Assembly: GCA_964372875.1 (NCBI GenBank)
Contig: CAYJTB010000001.1
Coordinates: forward strand, 27,860-91,859
From: an uncultured bacterium
GTDB lineage: Bacteria; Omnitrophota; Omnitrophia; Omnitrophales; JACQLI01
Reading direction: 5' to 3'
DNA length: 64,000 nucleotides
Shown here: positions 48,174-58,903 of the stretch, in pieces
How the letters are laid out: every line of letters starts with the position of its first letter
Numbering within the stretch: the stretch's first letter is position 1
Translations under genes and position numbers: made by a program
Notes under the pieces: generated by a model
What the model saw: the letters and a program-made list of their open reading frames with translations, nothing else
Database searches by the model: none
Told to the model about the DNA's origin: nothing

Positions 48174-50368
48174 CGGAAAGTAAACGTCCGCCCTACGCGG
48201 TCAACCGGCATCAAGATCTGCCCGTTGAATCCCTGAATCTCGAGGCCGGAATCCAGCCTTATCTCCACATTCTCAGAAATAGAAAAGGCGTCATCGCGGC
48301 ATGCGTTTTTACTACGCTTCTTATCGCCTTTGTCGCTAATATAACGCAGCGGCCTGTTTATCAGGCGGCGACAGAACTTCTTTTAGAGCCTAAAGAATCC
48401 AAAGACGCCCTCACGAGCGATTCCAATAAATCGACCCTTATGCAAGACCCTACGCTCATGATGACGCAATTTAGACTGATACGAAGCCGTCCTCTGGCGG
48501 AGCGAGTATTGGAGAAGGTGCAAAAACCAGAAAATCGGGAATCTTTGTTGTCTTCTTTTGGCGTTAAAGCCGGAGGAAAACGTCAAGACGGCGGCATTTT
48601 TTCAGAAAAGGAAAAGCAAAATTTAATCGGACGCATCCAGACATCATTGGCGGGAGCCCAACCAGACCGGAATGTGCGTCTCATTAAAATCTTATCGACA
48701 GGCTATCAGCCGCAAGTCGTTGCCTTGGTCTCCCATGCTGCGAGCGAGGCCTACATCGAACTCAATCATAAATCCAACATGGAATCGTTCCGGCAAAGTT
48801 TTATGATGATTTCACAGAATCTCGCGGAGGTGCGCGAAAAGATAAAAACGGGGGAGCTCGCCTTTCAAAAAATTGATTCTGAAGTAAAACTTTTGGAAGC
48901 ATTGAAAATTTACGGCGAAAGACACCCGCTCGTCATTCAATTACAGAACGATATTCCCCAACTGGCCCGAAGACTTAAAAGGGAAATTCAGAGTCTAGAA
49001 TCCATTCAAGTAGGACAAAGAAAAGACTTAACGACGCTTTTAACGGTTCCCAACACCAAATTAGAAGATCTCCAAAAAATCGAAACGGATCTTTATAACC
49101 TTAAACCCATCTTGGAGCAAGAAGTGACAAGTCAGAAAGAGATGTATAACTCCATCTTTCGAAAACTTCAAGAAGTGGGTGTTTCGGGCGGAGGAAGTGT
49201 TTGGGTAGATGCCGAGATTGTGGAACCGGCTTCCGCACCATCAAGCCCGATTCGCCCCAATAAAAAATTAAACTTGATTCTTGGTTTCTTCACCGGTATT
49301 GCCTTGGGAATTGGGTTGGCCTTCTTCCAAGAATACTTAGACAGCAGCGTGCGAAGCTTAGAAGACGTTCGCGGTTACCTTAAACTCTTTCCTCTGGGCA
49401 TGGTTCCTTTTGTACAGTTTAACGTTGTCCAAAAAAACGGGGGAGCAAAAACCGAGGATGAAATTGCCATGAATAGAATGAGATCTCCCCGGACTTTTTG
49501 GCTTGCGAACGATTCCGATATTCCCTTATATGTAGCTGAGGCCTACCGGATTATTCGGGCAAATTTGGCATTCGGTTCAATTGACTCTACCTTAAAAATT
49601 TTGCAAGTTACGAGCGCTGTCAAAGGTGAGGGTAAAACCACCACCACCGCAAATCTTGCCGTCAGTTTAGCACTCGCTGGGGAAAAAATTTTAATTGTTG
49701 ACGCGGATATGAGGCGTCCTGCGCTTCACAGGATTTTGGATTTGGAGGGGGTCGAGGAAGGCTTAAGCGATGCGTTGACTCATGAAAAATCCTGGGAATC
49801 GTTCGTGATGCCGACCGCCACACCCAATCTTTTCTTCTTGAGTGCAGGCTCCATCCCGCCCAATCCAGCCGAACTTCTTTCGTCGCGCAGAATGAAAGCG
49901 TTTATGGAAGAACTGACCCAGCATTTTGATCGTGTGATTATTGATTCGCCGCCTGTAATTTCAGTGGCCGATGCCGCCGTGATTGCTTCACAAGTGGACG
50001 GCACCATTCTTGTGTCACGTGCCGGATTTGTCCCTCGCCATTTGTGCCTGCAGGCGAAATCAGCGATCGAATCAGTCAACGGCAGGATTGTGGGATGCGT
50101 CCTCAATAGTGTTCACTCCGCTCACCTGCCTTACTATTATCACCAGTACTATCATGAGTATGGGCGTTATGATGAGGATAAAACCAACGCTTCCAAAAAC
50201 GACACTGACGAAGAGCCGGTGCTCAAAGAACCTTCAACCACACTGGATAAATTGAAAGTCCTCAAAGAGCCTTTGCTTATTTTGCTTTCCTCCGGCTGGG
50301 CCCGGCTAGGCGAGCAATTCAAAAAGGGTCAGCCGAAGAAGGAGTCAAAATCATCTGTTGGCGCTTAG
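48170..50368 (+). CDS. polysaccharide co-polymerase / BY-kinase (Wzc/GumC-like)
   Basis: Wzz-like N-terminal domain with 2 TM helices and a coiled coil; Walker A VTSAVKGEGKTTTTANLA, A' LIVDADMRRP, B VIIDSPPV; Tyr cluster LPYYYHQYYHEYGRY. Confidence 0.85.
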   Translation: MTESKRPPYAVNRHQDLPVESLNLEAGIQPYLHILRNRKGVIAACVFTTLLIAFVANITQRPVYQAATELLLEPKESKDALTSDSNKSTLMQDPTLMMTQFRLIRSRPLAERVLEKVQKPENRESLLSSFGVKAGGKRQDGGIFSEKEKQNLIGRIQTSLAGAQPDRNVRLIKILSTGYQPQVVALVSHAASEAYIELNHKSNMESFRQSFMMISQNLAEVREKIKTGELAFQKIDSEVKLLEALKIYGERHPLVIQLQNDIPQLARRLKREIQSLESIQVGQRKDLTTLLTVPNTKLEDLQKIETDLYNLKPILEQEVTSQKEMYNSIFRKLQEVGVSGGGSVWVDAEIVEPASAPSSPIRPNKKLNLILGFFTGIALGIGLAFFQEYLDSSVRSLEDVRGYLKLFPLGMVPFVQFNVVQKNGGAKTEDEIAMNRMRSPRTFWLANDSDIPLYVAEAYRIIRANLAFGSIDSTLKILQVTSAVKGEGKTTTTANLAVSLALAGEKILIVDADMRRPALHRILDLEGVEEGLSDALTHEKSWESFVMPTATPNLFFLSAGSIPPNPAELLSSRRMKAFMEELTQHFDRVIIDSPPVISVADAAVIASQVDGTILVSRAGFVPRHLCLQAKSAIESVNGRIVGCVLNSVHSAHLPYYYHQYYHEYGRYDEDKTNASKNDTDEEPVLKEPSTTLDKLKVLKEPLLILLSSGWARLGEQFKKGQPKKESKSSVGA

Positions 50369-52595
50369 CGAAGTTGAAGTTAAAGAAAAGTCTTCTTTCC
50401 GTTCCTTCCTGAATTTTTTTCTCCCGGGCGCTGCCTCCCTTTTTTTAATTTTTTCTCCCTGGCTTTACGGCCTGCGTCACTTGCCGGATAAGCTCTTTGC
50501 CCAAACCCTCATTTTTGCATTATCTTCAGCCACTTTTCCGTTTCTAAAATGGAAAAATGTCCTCAACCGGGGCAGCCGTAAACTTGATCGTTGGGTTTTT
50601 GCCTCGCTAGCCCTTGGATTTTGCTACATCCTTATTTCTGTGATTCCTTCTTTGAGTTTTCTGGCCTTTCTACAGTTGGCAGGGTGCGTTTCTCTTTACG
50701 TATTGATTCGCTCGGCCTCTACTCAAGAAAAAGAGTTTCTTTTTTTTCTAAGTTCAATCGTATTTTGCGGGGTCTTTTATGCGGCCTATGGGCTTTTTCA
50801 ATATTACGGATTTTTACCCCACCCTTATTGGTTCGAAGGGTGGTTTTTGGCGTCTCGCTTTATTAACGGCGGACATTTCGGGGTCTTCCTCCTTACCCCT
50901 TTTTTTATGGCAGGTTCTTTAATGCTTTCCACCCGAAAACTATTCCTACGCGGCGTGCTTGCGCTGTCGCTCCTCGTGATGGGCTGGGCCTTTTTGCTTA
51001 CGCATTCCAGGGCCCCGTGGCTCGTTCTGGCCTTCGGAAGCTGTTTTTTTCTTTGGGTTCTAAAACGAAACCATCTTTTATCTCGAAAAGAAATCCTTGG
51101 GGTTTCTTTTTTCCTGGGAACCTCCTTGGGACTCATGGTTCTTTCCGGAGGAATGAAGGAAATTGTTTCCCGCTTTGGACAGATGTGGGGCAAGACTTCC
51201 GTGATCTTTGATCCTCATGCCTCGGGCCAATTCTATACGGTATTTTACCGTTTGAGACTTTGGCAGGAATCTTTGGCAGCCATTCTTGCAAGACCTTGGG
51301 GTTGGGGCCTTGGAACTTTTGAAAATATCTTTCCCCAATTTCGTACGCACTCTGACCGTTTCCGTATCGATTACGCGCATAACGAAATACTTCAGATCGG
51401 AGTCGACCTGGGAATCATCGGCCTTCTTTTTTTAGCAGGTTTTCTTATTTATTATTTCAAGAGGATGGGAAATTTTTTGAGAAGTCCCGTTCCTTCACGT
51501 TCCTATAAAATTTATGCCGCAGGACTCATGACAGCAGTGGCAAGTCTTTTTCTCGTGAGCCAAGTGGATTTTCCGCTGCGAGTTTATGCCAATAGCTTCT
51601 TTTTCGCAGCCGTTTTGGCTTTGTCTTCTTCGCTCTTTGGTCTTTTGCCTCCCCATTCAAAATCCGAACGTGAGATGCCCGTTTTTTTTCAACCCCTTTT
51701 GCGCATCGGACTTCCGGCCCTCTTGGCAGTGTTGACATTTTTTTCGGCAAGGGAATATCTGGCTCAGACCTATTATTCTAAGGCAATCGAGTTAGACAAA
51801 AATTTTGAATGGTCCAAGGCCTTAACGGAATATGAGCGCGCCGTAGGGCTCTCACCACTCCGCTCAGAATATTACGAAGGCTTAGGCGGTCTTCTTCAAA
51901 AAAAAGAAACACTTTCATTTAACCGTAAGGAAAAAAAGAGGTGGGGAGAGCGTGCGCTTTGGGCATACGAAGAAGCGGTCAAAAGAAATCCTTATCAAGC
52001 GTTTAGCCACTACAGGCTTGCATTGATTTATCAAAACAAAGGTAATCCCGAAGAAGCCAAAAAGCAGTTTAAGAAAGCCATTTCCTTAGAGCCTCTTAAC
52101 GCGGCTTACGTCTCTGAATATGGCCTCTTTGCCCTTAAAAATAAATGGAAACAACAAGGTCTTTGGGCGTTCGAAAAATACACGCAAATTCCCTTCAAAG
52201 AAAATGCCCGGTTTACCACAATTCCGGAACTCTTGGAAGCCGTCTATCCCTACACGACCGAATATCTGGATTTAACAAGGATGATTCCGAACACGGCCGA
52301 CGGCCACTATCAATTAGGGACCTTTTTAGGAACCAAAGGGCGCTGGGAGTCTGCGGATCAAGAATTGGAAAAGGCCATCAAAGCGGCGAAGAGACAGGGC
52401 GGCCCATTTTCTGAATATTGGACCGGAACGGCAAAACCCGTTGCTAATTTTTACTTCTCCCAAAATCGTTTAGACCAAGCACAAAAGCTGTATCAAGAAG
52501 CCGTGAAAAAAAATCCGCACGACACGGAATCTATAAACCAACTGCAGCAAATTGAACAGATGAAAAAACCCTCTGTCCCGCAGGTTACCTTATGA
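50358..52595 (+). CDS. O-antigen ligase/polymerase-like (Wzy_C) membrane protein fused to TPR repeats
   Basis: More than 10 TM helices, LTHSRAPWL and YAHNEILQIGVDLGIIG motifs; C-terminal TPR units (..AIELDKNFEWSKAL.EYERAV.L.P..). Confidence 0.7.
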   Translation: MALSEVEVKEKSSFRSFLNFFLPGAASLFLIFSPWLYGLRHLPDKLFAQTLIFALSSATFPFLKWKNVLNRGSRKLDRWVFASLALGFCYILISVIPSLSFLAFLQLAGCVSLYVLIRSASTQEKEFLFFLSSIVFCGVFYAAYGLFQYYGFLPHPYWFEGWFLASRFINGGHFGVFLLTPFFMAGSLMLSTRKLFLRGVLALSLLVMGWAFLLTHSRAPWLVLAFGSCFFLWVLKRNHLLSRKEILGVSFFLGTSLGLMVLSGGMKEIVSRFGQMWGKTSVIFDPHASGQFYTVFYRLRLWQESLAAILARPWGWGLGTFENIFPQFRTHSDRFRIDYAHNEILQIGVDLGIIGLLFLAGFLIYYFKRMGNFLRSPVPSRSYKIYAAGLMTAVASLFLVSQVDFPLRVYANSFFFAAVLALSSSLFGLLPPHSKSEREMPVFFQPLLRIGLPALLAVLTFFSAREYLAQTYYSKAIELDKNFEWSKALTEYERAVGLSPLRSEYYEGLGGLLQKKETLSFNRKEKKRWGERALWAYEEAVKRNPYQAFSHYRLALIYQNKGNPEEAKKQFKKAISLEPLNAAYVSEYGLFALKNKWKQQGLWAFEKYTQIPFKENARFTTIPELLEAVYPYTTEYLDLTRMIPNTADGHYQLGTFLGTKGRWESADQELEKAIKAAKRQGGPFSEYWTGTAKPVANFYFSQNRLDQAQKLYQEAVKKNPHDTESINQLQQIEQMKKPSVPQVTL

Positions 52596-53926
52596 CCCTG
52601 TTAGGACCCGAAATCAAAATTTTTCTTATCCTTTTAGGAGCGGTTTATTTTTCCATCTGTTTTCTAAACGTGAGTCTGGGTTTGGCTTTTCTGTCTCTTG
52701 CCATGATTTTTTCTCCCGAGCTGCCGATTGCGAGTGTAGGTCTGCGGACTTTGACGATCCGGATCGAAGATATTTTAATTCCTATTTTACTTTTGGCATG
52801 GCTTGCCCGCCGGGCCGTTAAAAGAGACCGAGAACTTTTGACACCGACCCCCATCAATAAGCTCATTTTTTTTATTTTATCCATGAACGTTATCTCCACG
52901 ATTTGGGGGATTATCCACGGTGGCTACATCTTCCAATTGTCTTCTCTTTTTTATTTTCTTAAGACCGTCGAGTTTTTTGTTATTTTCTTTTTGGTAGTCA
53001 ATTATGTAAGAACCCCCCGCCAAATCAAATTTTTTCTCTTCTTTGCCCTGCTTACGGTTACCATGTTGAGTATTTATGCTCTGACCACCGTCCCTAACAA
53101 CGAAATCTTTTCTGATCACCGTGTGACCGCGCCCTTTGAGGGAACCCCTGAGCCTGCTTCCATCGGCGGCTACATGGCGTTCCTTCTTTTGATCATTGTT
53201 TGCTTGTTTTTATATGAATCGAGACCTCCGATGAAATGGTTGTACGGCACTCTCGGTGTAGTTACCTTTGTTCCTTTTCTCTTTACGCTGAACCGGACCT
53301 CTTATATTGCTTTCGCAATCGGCCTCATTTATGTCGCCGTGACCGCAAGAAAGAAATGGTTTTCTATTTTTCTGGCCCTATTTTTGCTGACGTCTCCTTT
53401 GTGGGTCCCGGACTCCATTAAACAAAGAATTGCCTATACCTGGGAAGATGCGGTGAATCCTGGCAGGGAATGGGGCGTGGACCAATCGACCCAGGAGAGA
53501 ATCACTACTTACAAAAAAATGTGGCACACTTTGAAGTACAGTCCTATTATTGGATGCGGCCTCGGTTCTTACGATTTTCTCGACAGCCAATATGCCCGCA
53601 CGCTCCACGAAATCGGACTGGTCGGACTTGGGCTGTGGCTGTGGCTTTTTCTGAGACTTTTTCGAATCGGCCGCTGGCTTTTCAAAAATCTTCCGGACGG
53701 TATAATGAAAGGAATAGCCCTGGGATACAGCGCCGGCGTGATCGGAATCCTAATGCATGGTTTTGGCGCGATCACTTTTTATATTGTGAGAATCATGGAA
53801 CCATTCTGGTTTGTGAGCGGATTGATCCTGTCTCTTTATATGATTACGGCTTCCCAGATGAACGAGCAAGCAGAGGAGACAGAGGCTGAAGAAAAACCCG
53901 AACTTCCTCAGTCGGTGTCGGTATGA
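52592..53926 (+). CDS. O-antigen ligase/polymerase-like (Wzy_C) membrane protein
   Basis: Multi-TM; LNRTSYIAFAIG and ARTLHEIGLVGLGLWL motifs. Confidence 0.65.
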   Translation: MTLLGPEIKIFLILLGAVYFSICFLNVSLGLAFLSLAMIFSPELPIASVGLRTLTIRIEDILIPILLLAWLARRAVKRDRELLTPTPINKLIFFILSMNVISTIWGIIHGGYIFQLSSLFYFLKTVEFFVIFFLVVNYVRTPRQIKFFLFFALLTVTMLSIYALTTVPNNEIFSDHRVTAPFEGTPEPASIGGYMAFLLLIIVCLFLYESRPPMKWLYGTLGVVTFVPFLFTLNRTSYIAFAIGLIYVAVTARKKWFSIFLALFLLTSPLWVPDSIKQRIAYTWEDAVNPGREWGVDQSTQERITTYKKMWHTLKYSPIIGCGLGSYDFLDSQYARTLHEIGLVGLGLWLWLFLRLFRIGRWLFKNLPDGIMKGIALGYSAGVIGILMHGFGAITFYIVRIMEPFWFVSGLILSLYMITASQMNEQAEETEAEEKPELPQSVSV

Positions 53927-55140
53927 AGCTTGGAAAATGGCAAGCCGCACTTTTTATTTTTGCCGCGGCTCTTTTAGTTCGTTTGGCCATGATCGGCGTT
54001 TGGTATCACACCGGCCAGGATCAGCGGATGATTGCCTCGGACGGCTTTGGTTATTATGAAATCGCGCAAAATTTAGCCGAAGGGCAAGGGTTTAAACTCG
54101 AAGGAAAACCCACCCTCCGGCGGGTTCCTCTTTATCCTCTTTTCATTGCCTTAACAGATAAAGGACTTTCTTTTCCCAAGGGGGTTCAAGCGGCTCAAGC
54201 CTTTTTGGGGGCGATGAGCTGCGTCGTGATTTTCTTCCTGGGCCGTGAACTCTGGAATGAGAAAGTGGGTTGGATCGCCTCGCTCCTTTACGCCCTCGAT
54301 TATTTGGCCATCAGACAGGTTGCTTCCGTGATGCCGGAGATTCTTTTTGTTTTTCTGCTTCTCGGAAGCGTGTGGCTTATGGTTCGATCTCAAAACCGGT
54401 GCCGTATTTTTCCCGATATGGTCGTTTCGGGCATCCTGGCCGGTTTGGCGGTGCTCACGAAAGAAGTGATGGTTTTCTATTTTATTCTTTTGGGAGCTTG
54501 GTTTTTTTGGGGTTTCAAAAAGCAGGCGGCCGGCGTTTTTCTTCTGGGCTTTTTTCTTGCAATCACGCCTTGGGTGGTTCGGAATCGTGTCGTTTTTGGC
54601 CAATGGGGGTTGGTGATGGCTAACGCCGGCCACATGCTCTATTTGGGCAATAACCCGCTTATTTCAAGCCGGTTCGTAGGGGAAGAGTGGGATTACAACG
54701 GTGACAGCGGATTCCCTCAAAACGACCCCTCCATGCCGCGTTTGTTTACTCCGGAGGCGGACCATTATCTTTCGAAAAAAAGTTTGGTATTTATCCGGAA
54801 TCACCCGAAGCGGTTTTTCCAGCTTACTAAAGACAAAATCATCCGGTTCTGGTTTCCTTTTTACCTCGGTTCCCCGCCCCTGGGAAAAGTTCTTACCCTT
54901 TTAACTTATCTCTCTGTTTTCATCTTGGGTTGGATGGGTATCTTTAAGTCCGTCCCGCGGTGGAAAGAGATGGTCCCCATGGTGGGACCTATTATTTATT
55001 TAGCATCGGTTTATGCAGTCACCATCTCCGGCATCCGTTATCGCTACCCGGCCATGCCGTTTTTAACCCTGTTTGCGGCTTACATGCTCCGCCGGCTCTG
55101 GGAAAGCCGGGTGAAAAAAGTTTCTCTCGTGAGCGTATGA
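53923..55140 (+). CDS. GT39/ArnT-like (PMT_2) membrane glycosyltransferase
   Basis: N-terminal ..SDGFGYYEIAQNLAEGQGF.. loop typical of ArnT/PMT_2; multi-TM. Confidence 0.65.
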   Translation: MKLGKWQAALFIFAAALLVRLAMIGVWYHTGQDQRMIASDGFGYYEIAQNLAEGQGFKLEGKPTLRRVPLYPLFIALTDKGLSFPKGVQAAQAFLGAMSCVVIFFLGRELWNEKVGWIASLLYALDYLAIRQVASVMPEILFVFLLLGSVWLMVRSQNRCRIFPDMVVSGILAGLAVLTKEVMVFYFILLGAWFFWGFKKQAAGVFLLGFFLAITPWVVRNRVVFGQWGLVMANAGHMLYLGNNPLISSRFVGEEWDYNGDSGFPQNDPSMPRLFTPEADHYLSKKSLVFIRNHPKRFFQLTKDKIIRFWFPFYLGSPPLGKVLTLLTYLSVFILGWMGIFKSVPRWKEMVPMVGPIIYLASVYAVTISGIRYRYPAMPFLTLFAAYMLRRLWESRVKKVSLVSV

Positions 55141-56180
55141 TTCGAATTGCCTTAGTAGGTTATGGTCACTGGGGGCCCAATTATCTGCGTAATCTCCAAT
55201 TTTTGGAAGGAGTCGAAGTGACAGTCGTTTGTGATAAAGATCCCTCCGCACTTCAAAGATCGAACAAAGGTTTCCCTCATGTAAAGACCTTAAGTGATTT
55301 CAATCTCATTTTGCGCGATCCTAAGATTGATGCAGTGATCATTACCACGCCGGCAAATACTCATTACGAACTGACAAAAAAGTCCCTCCAGGCGGGTAAG
55401 CACACGCTTGTGGAGAAACCACTTTCCCTGAATGTCGAAGAAGGTAAAGAACTTGTTGCGCTTTCTGAAGAAATTAAAAAAATCCTGATGGTGGGGCACA
55501 CCTTTCTCTACAACCCGGCAGTTCGAAAAATGAAGGAATATTTGGATAAGGGAATCCTCGGAAAAATATATTACCTCCAAGCCGCTCGCACGCATTTGGG
55601 ACTCATCCGCAGCGACGTAAGCGCTGTCTGGGATTTGGCGCCTCATGACATTTCTATCTTTTCTTATCTTCTGGACAAGTGGCCCACAAGGGTTTCAGCG
55701 ATCGGCACGTGTCACTTGAATCCTCAATTGGAAGACGTCGCCTTCCTTAATTACTTTTATGACAATAACATCTTAGGCAATATCCATATCAGCTGGGTGG
55801 ACTCCAACAAATCAAGGCAGGTGGCGGTGATCGGGAGCAAGGCGAGGATTGTTTTTGATGACCTCAACTCGCTGGAACGGCTGCGGATTTTTGAAAAGGG
55901 GGTCAGTATCGACAAGCCTTACGCCAATTTTGGCGAGTTCCAGCTGCTTCTGCGTGACGGTGATATCATCAGTCCCAAGGTAGATGCGGAAGAACCGCTC
56001 AAAAGTGTTTGCCTCGAATTTATCGATTGCATTCAAACGGGCCGGAAACCTTTGACTGATGGTGCCAACGGCCTTGGTGTGGTGCGTGCGATGTGCGCAG
56101 CGCAGGATTCCATCAAGCGGGGCGGGGAGCCGGTAGAAATTCTTTATGACGATGTTATTCTTGCGGGAAAAAGATCCTAA
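55137..56180 (+). CDS. Gfo/Idh/MocA-family NAD(P)-dependent sugar oxidoreductase
   Basis: MIRIALVGYGHWG Rossmann start, EKPL motif (VEKPLS); ATGA overlap with the upstream stop sets the start at 55137. Confidence 0.85.
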   Translation: MIRIALVGYGHWGPNYLRNLQFLEGVEVTVVCDKDPSALQRSNKGFPHVKTLSDFNLILRDPKIDAVIITTPANTHYELTKKSLQAGKHTLVEKPLSLNVEEGKELVALSEEIKKILMVGHTFLYNPAVRKMKEYLDKGILGKIYYLQAARTHLGLIRSDVSAVWDLAPHDISIFSYLLDKWPTRVSAIGTCHLNPQLEDVAFLNYFYDNNILGNIHISWVDSNKSRQVAVIGSKARIVFDDLNSLERLRIFEKGVSIDKPYANFGEFQLLLRDGDIISPKVDAEEPLKSVCLEFIDCIQTGRKPLTDGANGLGVVRAMCAAQDSIKRGGEPVEILYDDVILAGKRS

Positions 56181-56186
56181 TTTTTC

Positions 56187-57293
56187 ATGAAAGCTCTTGT
56201 AACAGGCGGGGCAGGGTTGATCGGTTCGCACCTTGTCGATCTGGCGATTGAAAAAGGGTACGAAGTCCATATTCTTGATAACGTAGAATCTCAAACTCAC
56301 CCCCACGGCAAACCGGCCTGGATTCATCCTGGCGCCCGTTATATTGAAGGAGACATCCGGAACGACTCCGATTTAAAACAGGCGCTCCAAGGCGTGGAAT
56401 ATGTTTTTCATCAATGCGCCTTCGGAGGTTTCACGGAAGAAACTTCAAAGTATTTCGACGTCAACGTCTTGGGAACCTCGCGGCTTTTTGAATGCATCGC
56501 GGCCAACCGATCCCCAGTTAAAAAAATTGTGGTGGCTTCAAGTCAGGCAGTTTACGGAGAAGGCGCTTATTCCTGCGAAAAACACGGACTCCAGTTTCCC
56601 GCGCAGAGGACGACAGAAAATTTGCAGAATAAAAACTGGGAACTCTGCTGTGCCGATTGCAACGGTCTCCTTCGTTCCGCTTTGACTTCGGAAGAAAAGG
56701 TTTGTGCCGGCCAAACTCCTTATGCGCTCTCCAAAGAATTTGAGGAAAGGCTCGCGCTCTCTTACGGCAGAAGGCTGGGGATTCCCGTGGTGGCGTTGCG
56801 CTACGGCGTAACTTACGGTCCGCGGCAGTCGGTTTTCAATCCCTACACCGGCGTCGTTTCTATTTTCTCGACGCAGCTTCTCAATAACCTCTCCCCCCTC
56901 ATTTACGAAGACGGCCGGCAGACCCGCGATTTTATTTTTGTGGGAGACGTGGCCCGCGCCAACCTTTTTGTGATGGAAAACACATCCGCCGATGGCCAAG
57001 TGTTTAACGTGGGAACAGGAAAGCCAACGGGGATCGCGAGTCTTGCGCGCATGCTGGCTGAGATCTACAAAAAATCGATGGAGCCCGAGATCTGTGGAAA
57101 ATTCCGCCAAGGAGACGTCCGTCATTTAGTCCTTGATCCCTCCAAATTAAGAAAACTTGGCTTTTTCGCACAAACGTCTTTGTCTGAGGGCTTATCCCAT
57201 TTTGCCCAGTGGATCGGGTCCCAAGGAAAGGTCGAAGAATATTTTTCCAAGGCCTACGAGCGCCTTAAAGAACATCGCATCGTATGCGATTAA
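56187..57293 (+). CDS. NAD-dependent nucleotide-sugar epimerase/dehydratase (extended SDR)
   Basis: ALVTGGAGLIGSHL; catalytic YALSK; about 40-aa Cys-containing insertion (CEKHG...CCADCNG). Confidence 0.85.
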   Translation: MKALVTGGAGLIGSHLVDLAIEKGYEVHILDNVESQTHPHGKPAWIHPGARYIEGDIRNDSDLKQALQGVEYVFHQCAFGGFTEETSKYFDVNVLGTSRLFECIAANRSPVKKIVVASSQAVYGEGAYSCEKHGLQFPAQRTTENLQNKNWELCCADCNGLLRSALTSEEKVCAGQTPYALSKEFEERLALSYGRRLGIPVVALRYGVTYGPRQSVFNPYTGVVSIFSTQLLNNLSPLIYEDGRQTRDFIFVGDVARANLFVMENTSADGQVFNVGTGKPTGIASLARMLAEIYKKSMEPEICGKFRQGDVRHLVLDPSKLRKLGFFAQTSLSEGLSHFAQWIGSQGKVEEYFSKAYERLKEHRIVCD

Positions 57294-58876
57294 AAAAATT
57301 CGATCTTTTTTGGGTAGGATCCCTCTTTCTGATTTATTTTCTTTATTGGATTCCAATGATTCATTTCCAACCCTTCCTTTCGACAGGCGATATAGGAAGG
57401 GACCTTTATGCTTTTGAATCCGTTCTTCATGGACTCCGTCCTTGCCGCGATTATTGGTGGCAATACGGACCGCTCATGCTGCTTTACTACGCCTTTTGGT
57501 TTCTTGTAGGAGGGATCAATTTGCTGAGTGTGCGTATCGGGCTGGCTGGGATCTATCTTCTTTGCGGTCTTTTTAGTTATGCCTCGCTCCGGCTTTTTAC
57601 TTCTGCACCCACGGCCTGGCTTGCCTCTCTGGGTTTTTTAAATTTTTCTATGGGGTGGACTTTTAACCACATCGGAGCGGTACCTTTTTTATTGGCATCC
57701 GTTTTTTGTCTCTGGAAGTTTTTTCTCACGCAAAATCTCCGTTGGCCTTATCTAGGGGTCCTTAGTTTGGTGCTCACAGCACTCGTGAAGACCAGTATCG
57801 GCATACCTTGTTTTTTTGCTTTTTATCTTTCTCTTTTAATTTATAACGAATTTCTAGGGCCCAAGCTGAACGCCCGCCCTCCGCTTGCCCGGAAACACTT
57901 TATTCTTCTTCCACTTCTTTTCGCCGTGCCGGTGGCCGGAGTTTATATCTTCATGTATTGGGGACTCACTTCCCGCGAGTTACAGCAATGCCTTACGCTT
58001 GGTCCGCAATATCGACGAACATTGTCTACGCCTTGGATGAACGTTAAACATCTCATCCTTCGCTTTACGGTCTGGGAACGAATCCGTTTGTGGAGCCTAG
58101 GGGCGTTTACTCTTTTGTTAATCCTTGCCGGTCTGGGATTCAGAAAAAGAAAACTCGAGAGCCTCCAACAAGACGCTGCTCTTGCCGCAGGGATATCTCT
58201 TGTCTTCTATGCCCTGGCCAGTTCGGCCGAATATGTCATGATGGGAGAGGTGATTTACCGGTTTGATTTTTGGTTCTTTCCTGTATTGATCTTGGTCCTA
58301 GGATTTTTGGCGGAACGGGCCAGCAGTCTTTTCCCCCGGCCATGGAAAATTGCTTTTGGCGCTTTGATTTTTGTAGCCCTCGCAGGTCTTCCTTTTTGGA
58401 GGGTGAAAGAAGCTTTAGCAGAGAGAATCCCAGACCGTTATTTGGATTTGCCGAGGGGGAAGGTCTACGTTGGCGGTCCTCTCGTTTCTCTTCAAACGAT
58501 CAAAGAGGGTGCCCAGTTTCTGAGGGAGAATTCTAGGAAAGATCAAAGTTTTTTGGCGATTCCCTATGAGCCCCTTTATGGTTTTCTATCTGAGCGCCGG
58601 CACGCCCTCCCGGAAATGATTTTCATGGTTCATATGCAGATTCAGGAGGATGACGAGGAAAAATGGATCACCCAAATGGAGGCCAACGAAGTCCCTTGGG
58701 TCCTCATCTCCAACCGATATCGATCTGAAGAAGCGGGGATCGGTGAGTTTGGAAAGACCCATTGCCGGAAACTGGCGGCTTATATTTTTGACCATTACCG
58801 AGAGGTCAAAACCCTCGGTCCGTGGGGGTCTGACCCTGACAAAACCCACGCGATTAAGCTTTTGAAGAGAGCCTAA
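57284..58876 (+). CDS. multi-TM membrane protein, possible glycosyltransferase (GT-C-like)
   Basis: About 12 predicted TM helices plus a soluble C-terminal domain; locus context. Confidence 0.45.
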   Translation: MRLKKFDLFWVGSLFLIYFLYWIPMIHFQPFLSTGDIGRDLYAFESVLHGLRPCRDYWWQYGPLMLLYYAFWFLVGGINLLSVRIGLAGIYLLCGLFSYASLRLFTSAPTAWLASLGFLNFSMGWTFNHIGAVPFLLASVFCLWKFFLTQNLRWPYLGVLSLVLTALVKTSIGIPCFFAFYLSLLIYNEFLGPKLNARPPLARKHFILLPLLFAVPVAGVYIFMYWGLTSRELQQCLTLGPQYRRTLSTPWMNVKHLILRFTVWERIRLWSLGAFTLLLILAGLGFRKRKLESLQQDAALAAGISLVFYALASSAEYVMMGEVIYRFDFWFFPVLILVLGFLAERASSLFPRPWKIAFGALIFVALAGLPFWRVKEALAERIPDRYLDLPRGKVYVGGPLVSLQTIKEGAQFLRENSRKDQSFLAIPYEPLYGFLSERRHALPEMIFMVHMQIQEDDEEKWITQMEANEVPWVLISNRYRSEEAGIGEFGKTHCRKLAAYIFDHYREVKTLGPWGSDPDKTHAIKLLKRA

Positions 58877-58903
58877 AAGGTGTGCTAAGATACCCCGATT
58901 TCA